Shown: positions 26,936 to 39,429 of the stretch, piece after piece
Numbering within the stretch: the stretch's first letter is position 1
Layout of the letters: every line of letters starts with the position of its first letter
Assembly: GCA_964016885.1 (NCBI GenBank)
Contig: OZ024740.1
Span: 369,086,001 to 369,150,000, forward strand
Source: Eledone cirrhosa
Lineage: Eukaryota
Length of the DNA stretch: 64,000 nucleotides
Direction: 5' to 3'
Notes under the pieces: generated by a model
The model's database searches: none
What the model saw: only the letters and a program-made list of their open reading frames with translations
Told to the model about the DNA's origin: nothing
Made by a program: the position numbers and the translations under genes

Positions 26936-27755
26936 TATGTATGTATGTATGTTTGTATGTATGTATGTGTGTGTGTGTATGTATCTAATGTATGCATATT
27001 TATATATATGTATATATCTACATAGGTATACCACCCACGGTCGTTTCGATCATGGTCCATTTCCTTTTTTTCTGAATGAAAATGGGTCCTATTTTCTATA
27101 TATCGTGACACATACAGAAAAATGTTATACATATTTGTAGCATTATCCACGAATCCAATAGATTCTACTAATGTAATGAAGTAGGAGTCTTCGTTATCGA
27201 TATCACGCTGGGAATCTTATACTGATACTATTGAAGACGGTTATATTTTTATGTTCGGTTGTTATAATGTTTGCATTTTTCTGCGCGTAATTCGAGCTCT
27301 ATTTACTATACTGAGGTATTAACTATACTTAGGAAAGTTGTTTAATCTGGAAATATTTAAGTGAGTAACAAATGAATTTATATTTTTCCTAAAATATACG
27401 AATTGGTATACGTTGATATATCTAATCCGTCAGCCTAGTATAATGTAATTTGTATTGTGATAGTTTACGCATTCAGAGTATGTAGTATATTTAGGGCAGC
27501 AGGATTTATTTCCTTTGCAATATCAACTGATCCAAATATGATCCGCTTTTCTATTAAAACGTAAACCAGACAAGCCTGTGTATATAACTTAATATGATTC
27601 TTTATAAAGTTCCTTTATACACTACTGTTCCTAATATATCAACCACGAGATATATATCGAATGGAATTATTTTAAATTGAGTTATCAGATTGCATCGGTA
27701 CATTGCATACCAAACATATGATGTTTAATATTTTAACCTTTTCATTATTCGTATG

Positions 27756-27845
<90 letters not shown>

Positions 27846-28970
27846 TATGTGTGTGTGTATGTGTGTGTGTATGTGTGTGTGTATGTGTGTGTATGTGTGT
27901 GTGTGTGTGCGTGTGGGTGTGTGCGTGCGTGTGTGTTTGGAAGCCGCAATAGAAGATATGTACACGCATTTTATTATATCCTATTTTACACATGTATCAG
28001 ACCAAATATATTTCCTTTATCTCCCCTCACAGTCTTTTCTGTCATATGCATACTCTCTAAGTTTGTGTCCCTTCCTCATCCTTCCGATAAACGTTCTCGC
28101 AAAATGCTGACAACAAAGTGCTGACAGCAAAATGCAAGTGACAATAGATATTATAGTAAACAGTATTATGGGCGATATGCAGCCAACTGCTGACGTGTGA
28201 TCTACGGAACTGTAACAAATGCTGATGAAAAAACCATCATTACCCATTGGGAAGTATGTCGGGAGAAATGTTATTCATTATCATAGAAGTATTATTTTAT
28301 CGATTTATAACTCGAAATCAGGAAATATACCTTCTTTTCTGAGAGAAAAGATAGTTTCGGGAAATTTCCAATCAAGGTTATTTATATATGTAATAATGTT
28401 ACATGTTGTAGAAGGGGAAAATCGAAACGATTATATTCAGTAACCTCATTCTTTTGTTGAAGTCAAATGTAGAAATCGTATAACAAAATAATTTGAAAAG
28501 ATACAGATATATCTCTTTTCGAATATTTGTTTCATCTTGTGAAAAGTAATCACGAAATGGTTCCATATATAATGAAAAATGAACATTCATAAAATTGAGA
28601 AATTAAGTATTTCATTCCCTTGTCGATAATATTCATATGTTTTGACGAGGCACATACAGCATCTGTTTTAGTTAGTAAAGGAATAAAGATATTAACACAA
28701 CAGAAGATAGTTTGACAAGTCTGAATACTGAGTTATTGAAATTAGAAAGAATGGTGTTATACAAATTTAGTCATCCCTGATACATATATTATATAAAGCA
28801 CACACATTATTTACAGCATATAATACCTACACTATTATTACTTTGGTAATAAATTACATTCATTTACTAAAGATATGTAAGCGACCAACCCGATCCCAGT
28901 ATATTATTCAAACACGTCTTATCGATTCTGTTCGGAGAAAAATACGATGAATTTGAACACAGATTCTCAC

Positions 28971-29140
28971 CTGAGGAAATTAAGCAACAATCGTATTTTA
29001 CCGCCCATTTTACCACAAATCCCAATATTTAATTCCGAAGCATGAACAACCAAGTGACATTTGTTTCTTAACTCCTCTGCATGAGATTTCGATTTCAGAC
29101 TTAGCTTATGCCACATCAGAAAATTGATTCCGTGGGGCCA
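28971..29140 (-). other. Candidate 170-bp exon of an unidentified host transcript
   Basis: Minus strand acceptor tttttttcag|tgg and donor cag|gtgaga, one open frame, in unique sequence; no recognisable protein similarity. Confidence 0.25.
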
Positions 29141-29925
29141 CTGAAAAAAATATTCGCCAAGCATACGCACGTCCGAAACATAGTGAATAGTTAATCTGTC
29201 ATCTCAATTTAGTCTTTACAGTGCAATATGAATTGAGATGCTCTGGCGAATATCAATGTATCATTGGTTTATTATCACAGATTTTGGCTTCATATTATCA
29301 TTTTGTTTACTATAGAATCCTTGATGATAAACTGTTAAAACAGCCAAAAGGATATGTATACATCTCCTGCTGGAAACCTAATATGGAACCTATGAATAGA
29401 TATACATATATGAAATTATGTTTAACAATTCCATTGTGTTAGTTCACTATACCGAACAATTCCTGTGTACGAGGATTTTCGTACCATACTGAATTGAATG
29501 ACAGGTAAATACGCTCGGGAGTTGTGTATCCTTTGAATAGACAGCCGAATCAGAGACGGTTTCATAGTGAGAGTTTGATTGGTATAAATATATAAAGATA
29601 CATTTTAAATTCATCTCCTGACTATGCAGGAATTCAATCCTGGTGTGATGTTTATTTGGAACAGTCATAGAAGTCGTTTTATGTTTTTTTTTTCTCCTGA
29701 TAACTCGCTAGAATATTAGAATTCTATAGTATCTGATATCAATAGACATGTATGTGCAAAGTGGTGAAACGTATAACCATGCACTTTCTAAGGATATACA
29801 GAAATAAACATTCGTCTCTAACGAGAACTATTGACTCGGAGAACTGGATAATAATAAACACATAGAAATATATATGCATATAAATATGAACACATATAAA
29901 ATTATATGTATATATGTATAAAATT

Positions 29926-30024
<99 letters not shown>

Positions 30025-32032
30025 CATGCATATATATATATATACACTCACGCACACACACAGACACATATATATATTTCTATGTGTGTGTGTGTGTGTG
30101 TGTGTTTGTGTGCGTGAGTGTGTGCGCGCGTGTGTGTGAGTGTATATATGTATCTAAAGTCTGTCTTAAGCCAGAAGGCTCATTTGGCAAGGGATTGTAC
30201 ATTTGGTGTCATCTTAATGGACCTCACATCGTTAAATAAATGATATTTACAGTTATAAATATACACACATTCATAAATCTATTGCCAGTAGCATATCAAT
30301 TCATCTACAAACATTTTGCTTGTTTAGTTACAGTCCAAAACATCTGCTATTTCCAAAACATTCAATCGAGATATGAGCTTGATGGAAACTATAGGAGACA
30401 TACGATTACATAATTACATAAATCTTACAAGATGAAAATAAATGAAATTAACATACATAAATTAAGGGTCACGGCTGGTTGATTGCAGCTGTTGCCACTT
30501 GAGTAGCTGATATATTGATTGACGAAATGTTGTCTCGCTAATTTCTGCTGTCAAATTCTAACACATACAGTGTCACTATTCCATATCGGATTGTTTCTTA
30601 AACATGAAAAGGGACACATGTAATTTAAGATGTCTCAACACTAGAGACGCGTAAATAAACATTTTGTTAAACCTCATGGTTGAATGCAGGATTTCTGGTC
30701 CTGCTGAAAGTATGGCATTCTACTAGTGAATATTCTAAATCAAGCTGCAATTATTTCATTTAATGTTCTCTTTTCTAATTATATCAATGTACATCTTTAA
30801 ATCATAGAATGAAATTATTACATGCGAATATAAACAAATTCTTACAAACGTAGAGGCTCATTTCATTGGGTTTCCTTCCGTATGTAAATAATATATTTTT
30901 GTTTCTAACAACAAAATGTTTAGTCTACCAAGTAAATTCATCCTGGGAAATTGCGTTTCCTTGATAATATTTAGAATTAAGCACCGGAATTTAAACAGAG
31001 AATCAATGACTTTCAAAATAAAAAAAAACAAACAAACATGATGACACAACACAGAATATGATTTTGTTCGACCCTCCATTTAGAAATTATTTGTTATATA
31101 TTATGGGGTAGAAACATTTACATGAAGGGTGGTAAAAGAGAGCAAATGAAGTTAATGATACTATGCGTGCATTAATATGTAAAATAAATGTTTCTCTGTC
31201 CTTTACCATAAACATATTATTGTTTATTACCATATCATACAATGTATAGTGCCAATAAATTTAACATATTGACATAACAAGAGTTAGAGAATTCTCCTGG
31301 ACAATATTGATAATACATAAACTTCGAACGATAACAAACAAACATTTGTCAAAGTCTTGTTCTCATTTGCATTGTGTATTATGATTTTCACCATGAAAAT
31401 GTCGTACCTTCTCATGATGTGCATTCATTATCATCCATTACTCACTTATGAATAACGTAGAGAAATTAGTGACATCTTTCGGTCAGGAAGGTGATAATAT
31501 GAATAATATCATTTCAGCTCTTCTTCGGGGCATTTCAGTAGGCCACTCAGCACTTTTTCAAACATAAACATTCTATTGTATGTCATTTAAAACCCCCATA
31601 TGAAGACAAAGTCTTTTGTAGCGCTGAATCAATCCAATTTGCTGACAATGGAATATAACTAGGACTAACTAAGCCAGTCAATAACGTATTTTGCATCAAG
31701 TACTTTATATATTATGGCGAGAATTCAATGATTTTACTTGCATTTGTTTGCACTTATGGAAGCGTGAATTTTCTTTGGTGAAATGTATGGGCTAGATTAC
31801 CTTCATCCAAAGGTTTATACCTCCAATTGAAATTGAATAATACTTATAAATAAGTAGTTGATGAAAATTTACCGTAAAGTCATACAGCTCTCTATCTTGC
31901 CCTCTCTCTCCTTATCCTTCTCCTTCGCAGCAAGAATCCATTTAAACATAACATAAACATCAATCTTAAAGGCTACAGGAAACATTTCTTTTGTAACTGT
32001 GTGCATATAGATACGCGCGCACAAAAACGCAG

Positions 32033-32105
<73 letters not shown>

Positions 32106-32648
32106 TTTTCTGAATTTGTTTAGCAAGATTCTTTATCTGAAATCGTGTGTTGAAACCGATATTGTTATACTTTGGGAGGGTCATGTTGCCAATAAGAAAC
32201 ACACGCACCAGTTGCTTTCACTTCAATTTATTATATATTTATAAATTTATAAATTTACAAATCTACAAACTTATAAATTTCTGGTTGGTTGGTTGGTTCC
32301 ACAACCAGATAGTTGTTTATATATAGTCATAGTCCTTTCGTCACACACTATGTGACCTCTTCAGTGACTGGGGATTCCTTTCTTTGTTTCTGTGCCTTTC
32401 CTTTCTTCTATCCTACGCCATTTTGTTTCTCTGTGTGTGTTGTGTGCTCAGTTTGCGCATGCGCCACATCCGGGTGTCTGTGTGTGTTTGTGTTCATTTA
32501 TCTATTTGTTTATTTATTTATTTATTTATTGTTGGTTGGTTGTTTGTTCTATGTGTGTGTGTGTTTTCATTTTGTCCTTAAATGTAAGTTGTTTGTTCTA
32601 TGTGTGTGTGTGTTTTCATTTTGTCCTGTGTGTGTTTTCATTTTGTCC

Positions 32649-33085
32649 TTAATTGTAAGTTGTGATGTTGCTATTCCACTCATAGTTTCTATTTAATTTT
32701 GGTTGTAATTCTTTTATGCTTACTGCCTCTGTAATTTGCCTAAACATTGCATCTTTTCTGTGTGTGGATTCTATTTTTATTTCTATGTTCTCTAATCTAC
32801 CCCTGTGTTCTATCTTAGCATGTTGGTAGAGCACAGATGATTCTTTATTATCTTGAAGGTCTCCCCAGTGTCCATTTATTCGTTTCCCTATACTACGAGC
32901 TGTCTCAACTATGTACACTATATTTTTGTTTCTACATTGTCCTCCAGTACATCTTATGCTATAACTACATTTCTAGTTTTACAGTTAATATGGGGGCTTA
33001 TTTTACATCTATACATCTTATTTCTTATCTATACATGAGGGTCTTTGGAACGGGTATGTCGTGCTAATAAGTGTTTTTACGGAGG
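32649..33085 (-). pseudogene. Penelope Cys-rich linker + GIY-YIG endonuclease remnant
   Basis: PSCIDKKCLTCKISPHINCKTRNVV../YIVETARSIGKRINGH..SVLYQHAKIEH..FRQITEAVSIKELQPKLNRNYEW. Confidence 0.85.
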
Positions 33086-33689
33086 TACCAGGTACCTCCG
33101 TAAAAACACTTATTAGCACGACATACCAGTTCCAAAGATCCTCATGGGGGCTTATTTTACAGGTTAAACATTTCTTATCGATACATGAGGGTCTTTGGAA
33201 CGGGTATGTCGTGCTAATAAGTCTTTTTACACAGGGGTAGATTAGAGAACATAGAAATATAAATAGAATCCACACACAGAAAAGATGCAATGTTTAGGCA
33301 AATTACAGAGGCAGTAAGCATAAAAGAATTACAACCAAAATTAAATAGAAAATATGAGTGGAACCACAACATCACAACTTACAATTAAGGACAAAATGAA
33401 AACACACACAGGACAAAATGAAAACACACACACACATAGAACAAACAACTTACAATTAAGGACAACATGAAAACACACACAGGACAAAATGAAAACACAC
33501 ACACACATAGAACAAACAACCAACCAACAATAAATAAATAAATAAATAAACAAATAGATAAATGAACACAAACACACACAGACACCCGGATGTGGCGCAT
33601 GCGCAAACTGAGCACACAACACACACAGAGAAACAAAATGGCGTAGGATAGAAGAAAGGAAAGGCACAGAAACAAAGAAAGGAATCCCC

Positions 33690-33734
33690 AGTCACTGAAG
33701 AGGTCACAGAGTGTGTGACGAAAGGACTATGACT
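33690..33734 (+). ncRNA. Minimal type I hammerhead ribozyme, canonical core (mirror copy 32325-32369 on minus)
   Basis: Stem I agtca/tgact, CTGAAGA, stem II gtcaca/tgtgac, GAAA-G-ga-CTA cleavage triplet. Confidence 0.8.
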
Positions 33735-33884
33735 ATATATAAACAACTATCTGGTTGTGGAACCAACCAACCAACCAGAAATTTATAAGTTTGTAGATTT
33801 GTAAATTTATAAATATATAATAAATTGAAGTGAAAGCAACTGGTGCATGTGTTTCTTATTGGCAACATGACCCTCCCAAAGTAT

Positions 33885-33920
<36 letters not shown>

Positions 33921-33925
<5 letters not shown>

Positions 33926-34660
33926 TAACAGATTAAAGTTTAAGCAAAGAATCGCTGCTTTCACCCTTAATGGGATCTTCTGAAACTAACAAAGTCAGTC
34001 TGTGAACGCAGAAGTGTATATTTCAAAAAACGTTGCAATCGGAGGAAGACAGGAAGACGATAATTTGGTTCGTGGAACCGTTCCCTGGCAAAGAACGGGA
34101 AAAAACGAATATAATACGTCATTATTTGGAGCGGTGAAAACCAAATACACGCAAAGACAGAACCACGTTTATGGTATAAAAGAAGTCGTAGACTAGTATT
34201 CTCCTAGGTCGTTCATAGAGACGTTCTCTGGCAATGAACGGAAAAAAACGAAGAAAATACGTCATATGTGGAGCGTGGAGAACAATTGCACGCAAAGACA
34301 AAACAACGTAAATGGTATAACTTAAGTCGTAGACTAAAATTCTAACTAGGAAACCGAATGATTCTCCGTTCAGAGTTAAGAATAAAGTAAAGAAAATACA
34401 GAGGTAATTGAAATTAAATAAATACATACACGCATCCATATACGTACATACACAAGCATACGCGAAAACACTCGCCACATGTATACAAATACACGCACAT
34501 ATAAATATGTGTGTGTTTGCGTGTATACAAATAATTAAATAAACGTATATAAATAGATAAATACGTATATAACAAGCGCACACACATACCTACATGTAAA
34601 TACACAAATGTTCGGAAACGAACGTCAACCAAAACACGAAGTACACATATACACACATGC
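33921..34660 (-). mobile_element. Second copy of the 537-1617 PLE pseudo-LTR
   Basis: Colinear with ~630-1375. Confidence 0.8.
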
Positions 34661-34732
34661 ATACACATACATACATACATACATACATACATACATACAT
34701 ACATACATACATACATACATACATACATACAT

Positions 34733-37700
34733 CAGTCAACGCGATCAGTCGCATATATTTGCGTGGGAGACTATTTATTAAATTTAAGATACAGCCAGGT
34801 TGAATAACTGGTTATTCTTCTAACTATCCCTTCTGAAGACACCTTTTATTCGAATTCGTAGAGATATCCGATTAAATACATAATTCATTTTACAAGGATT
34901 TGCTACAAACAGCATGGCTGAACACAACATCAACAAAAAAATTAAGGAAATATCGAAGACAATTAACAAGGAAGGTAATCAAACTTTATTCAGTTGTAGC
35001 TACAGAAGAAACCGAAATTATAAATCGCATTTCTCTTGGGGTTGCGAACTTAATAATGAATTATTTAATTGTTATAAAATGGCAAAAAACAATCCCTCCA
35101 TTGGCTATAGAAATAGAATGAAGCTACACTGGGACGAAATGCACCCGGAGCTAAATTATTTCACAGCGAAACAATTACGCCAACAAGCGACGTTTGTTGA
35201 ACGTAAAAATAAGATAAATATTATTAATTGTAAGTGCCCCACAACAAACATGGAATCAACAAATATGTGCTACAGATCGCCATGCTACTAGACTTCCTAG
35301 CAGCCAGGTTGAACAGCGGCTTGAAATAACTATGCCTGTAATAAACTTGACACCACCTGTACCATCTAAGTCTACCTCGTATGCTGGGGAAAACACTATC
35401 GATAATAATAATAATCGAAGAAATAATAATAATAATCGAATAAATGTGACACCACGTATACCATCTGAGTCTACCTCGACTGTTGTGGAAAATACTATCG
35501 ATAATGATAATCATAAGTAAAATCAATTGAAAATTTCCCCCAACGAAATCTTCCAGGGAGATATTAACTCATGTATAAATATATCTCTGGCTGAACGTGT
35601 TAAAATGACAATGGTGAATAAAGAAACAAATAACGAAATACTACGAGGTATTGACGAAATAAGGGATGAATATTTACGACGGATAAAAACCCCAACTTTT
35701 GGCAAATCAACGCCTGTTTATAAGCCTTAGCAATGACAGTGAAGCATTATCTTGGTGATAGCAGAGATATTAACAAGAACAAAACACCACCAAAAATACC
35801 ATCATATATAACTAAATTAGAAAAAAAGAGTGCTGACCTACAAAAAAACATAGGACATGTGACAATGCTCCTTCCATGCAAATAAACACAAAAAAACCTC
35901 ACTCCTCACCAACAAAGAGTGAAAAATAAAATAGAGACGACGTTTGGTAACAGTAGAACCAGAACTCTCCAATATAAGCTGATCACCCTCAAACAAGAAT
36001 TGAGAGCAGGTAGCGAAAAACGCCGATACCTGAAGAAGGTAGATGAGAGAAAAATGCTTAATAAAAGATTCAGATGAAACCAAACATCAGTTTATAGAGA
36101 TATGAAGGGCAAAATAATAAGTGTCACTGAGGCCCCATCCCAGAAAGACATAGATTCCTTTTGGAGAAAAGAATGCGGTGAAAAGAAGAATTTCAATCAA
36201 GATGCAGTGTGGCTAAGAGAAATCCGAAAGAACTATTGCTCCTAAACTACAACAAAAACATACGAAATAAGTGAAGGTACCCTTGAGACTATGATAGGAA
36301 AACTCCAAGATAAGAGAACACCAGGAAGAGACATGATTGTCGGCTACTGTACAAAAAACTAATATTCTATCAGAGGCATCTTACTGACCTCTACCAACAA
36401 GTTCTTAAGGGAGATACACTTATACCAGAATGGTTGACATTAGCACAAACGTTACTGGTCCCCAAGAACAAAGACACCCACTTGGCAAAAAACTAACGAC
36501 CCATTGCATGCCAGAACCTGATGTATAAGATGTATACAGCCTGCCTGAACCTATTCCTCCAAGATCACTGTGAAAATAATAACATCATCACAGATGAACA
36601 AGCAGCTGGAAAGAAAGGGGTTTGGGGATGTGCTGAACAACTCCTAATCAACAAAACTGCGTTTCGGAGGTGCGACAACATAGGAGGAATATGGCTACAG
36701 TCTGGCTGGACTACAAGAAAGCTTTCGATTCTGTTCCCCACTCTTGGATGATAGAGGCCCTCCAACTTGCTAAAGTCGCAGACATTATTGTCAGAGCCAG
36801 AAAGAGGCTGTCTTCTTGGGCTACTATCCTAAGGTTAAAGTCAGAGAGGGAGGGGTCGATTTTCACTGATAAAATAAAATATTGCAGTGGTATATTTCAG
36901 GGAGACAGTCTCTCTGTGATATTGTTCATCTTGTCATTAAACCCTTTGTCCTTTCTGCTCAAGAAATGTGAGGGATACATCATTGGCTCACAGGAGGACA
37001 GAAATACGTATGTAACCCATAACTTCTTTGTGAACGATCTGAAACTCTATGCCAAGTACATGGATGGGATGAAGATAAATATTGACCTGGTTACAACCTT
37101 CTCAAAGGATATAGGGATGGAGTTTGGCCAAGATAAATGCTCATACATGACTGTAAAGCGGGGAAAAACAACAACCCAATTTAGCAACACCGTCATCAAT
37201 GTTCTAACTGTTTCACCGATATCTGACGAGAACTGCTACAGATACCTGGGGATAGATGAGAACATATCCTATAATGGTATCTGAAATAAAGAACGCGTAA
37301 CTAGGGAATACTACACCTGATTAGGAAAGATCTGTTCATCGGAACTCTCTGCGCAAAACAAATCAGTGGCTAACAATGTGTTTGCTGTGCCTGTCCTAAC
37401 ACCAACGTTTGGAATACTCAATTGGACGATAGACGAAATCCGAGCAGTTGATGTTGGAACTCGAAAAATACTAAACAACACCAGCAACTTCCACATCAAC
37501 AGTGACATAGACGGCCTTTACTTGAAACGTAAGCAGGGAGGCAGAGGCCTAACATCAGTCCAGACAACATTTGAATGTCGCATCATATCTCTCAGACAAC
37601 ATCTACGAACCTCGAAGCGTAGGACACCGTTTCTCGAGCAAGTCTATCTGCATGAAACAGATAAGATCATGAGAGTTGGGAAGGAACTCCTCGAGGGATA

Positions 37701-38820
37701 TTCCCTGTGTGATAATCAAAAACTCACACCCAGGGATGTCGCTCAGCAGTATCGCAGTGAATCCATGGATGAACAACTGCATGCCTATCAGCAAAAAATC
37801 ATGCGTGGATATGTTGCCAAGAAGTTCAAGAGTGAGAGTAATATAGATAAGGAAAGTAGTCTATCTTGGACGAACAACCGCTATATTGGCTCCCACTTTG
37901 AAGGTTACGCTTTTGCAATCCAAGAACAGGAGATTAACACGAAATACCTGATTCACAAAGGAGATAGGGATGCAAGCAAAACACCTAGATGTGATAACAA
38001 GTGCAGACTCTGTAGAACTAACATGGAGGTTATCACCCATGTCATCAGCAGCTGTCCAAAGATGTCATCGCGGTACTATCTACCTATGAGGCATGGTGTA
38101 GTGGCCAAATCACTGTACAATGCAGCTCGTAAAAAAGATAGCCCCGATAATAAACACAATAAAAGCTACAATAATGTGGAAGACATCCATGTACATAATA
38201 TGAAAGAGTACTGGTGGAATGTTCCAGTAAAAACCCCAATAAAATGCAGGCATAACAGACCAGATATTATGATATGGAACAGGGAGAAGAAAACATGCAC
38301 AGTAGTGGAAATTAGCTGCCCAGCAGATGCCAATATAATATCAAAGATTAGTGAAAAGGAGAATATTTAAGCAGAACTGATGAGAAATCTGCAGATACTC
38401 CACCTTGATTACATCTTCAGATTTATGCCTGTGATTATTGGGGCACTGGGATATGTTAGTAACTGCCTCAATACAATTCTTGAGAAGCTAGGCTTCACAG
38501 GAACAGAAAGAACACAATTAGTTAGGAAACTACAAGTACAATCCATTAAGGAACAGTAAAAAATATGTAAAACATTCCAAAAATGATGCATCTAATAACT
38601 GCATATACACATGTACAGATACAAAGCATATACATATGCACACATACAACTCAAAACCTCCACATCCACACATACAATAATATCCATATCTACACATGCA
38701 TGCATACATACATATCTACCTTGTTGATGTTGTGTAAATTCCAATGAGAGAGTCTTGTGTGTATGTTAGAAACCGACCCTCTGTCTATTGGTAACACTTT
38801 GTGAAATTATAAAATCAGAA
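34733..38820 (+). mobile_element. Near full-length, inactivated R4/Dong-clade non-LTR retrotransposon (RT + CCHC + restriction-like endonuclease)
   Basis: RPIACQN, WLDYKKAFDSVPHSW, GIFQGDSLS, FVNDLKLY, YRYLG, CRLC..HVISSC, RPDI..EISCP, PVIIGALG; multiple stops and frameshifts; (CATA)n at both ends. Confidence 0.92.
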
Positions 38821-38839
38821 GTACATACATACATACATT

Positions 38840-39420
38840 ATAGCTGCCCCCTCATTATCGTGTACAGCCATTGCACAATATAATATTCTTAATAATTATT
38901 AATTACGTCTATCATGCAATGGCTGTGCGTGAAGATTCTTTTAAAAGTGAGGAAAGACTGTGCACTGAGCCAATTGCACTCTCTGTGCAACAGTAGCTAT
39001 AACCCGAAAAGAAGAAAAAGTCAACATCATCGGTAGGTACAGAGCCGCAGGCTTTATGTTGGAGTTATCCCAGTTGGCTGAGTTGCCTTCTCCTAGAAGA
39101 ATGCCCTGACAAAGGCTAGGGGCCCTCCACTCCCAGTAGTTTAACCGCGCGATCGTGTATCCAGCCCGATAATGTCCTCGCCCATATACACATACATATG
39201 TAAATATGTATATACATATTTTCACATTTTTGGATGACCGGTTTTGTATTTTGTCCTGCAGGGTGTCCAAAATCTCCCTTCTCACCAAGTAAACTTGGTC
39301 TGGTTGCCGTTTTAGTCGCCGACGACCCGACCATACGACATGTTGTACTGGGTTACATGTAACAAAGATGCATACATGCATACATACATACATGCATACA
39401 TACATACATGCACATACATA
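38840..39420 (+). mobile_element. SINE-like retroposon with (CATA)n tail
   Basis: Homologous to 13340-14058. Confidence 0.6.
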
Positions 39421-39429
39421 CATATTAAC

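Larger units (their letters stand above)
32102..33892. mobile_element. Large fold-back Penelope-like element (family B ends) with GIY-YIG remnant and paired hammerheads
   Basis: 32159-32805 is the reverse complement of 33232-33892; inner palindrome centred at ~33090; (AT)n on both flanks. Confidence 0.9.

Noticed and set aside
34733-34830. HDV-like ribozyme at the LINE 5' end
   Set aside because: Only simple hairpins visible; nested double pseudoknot could not be assembled by eye
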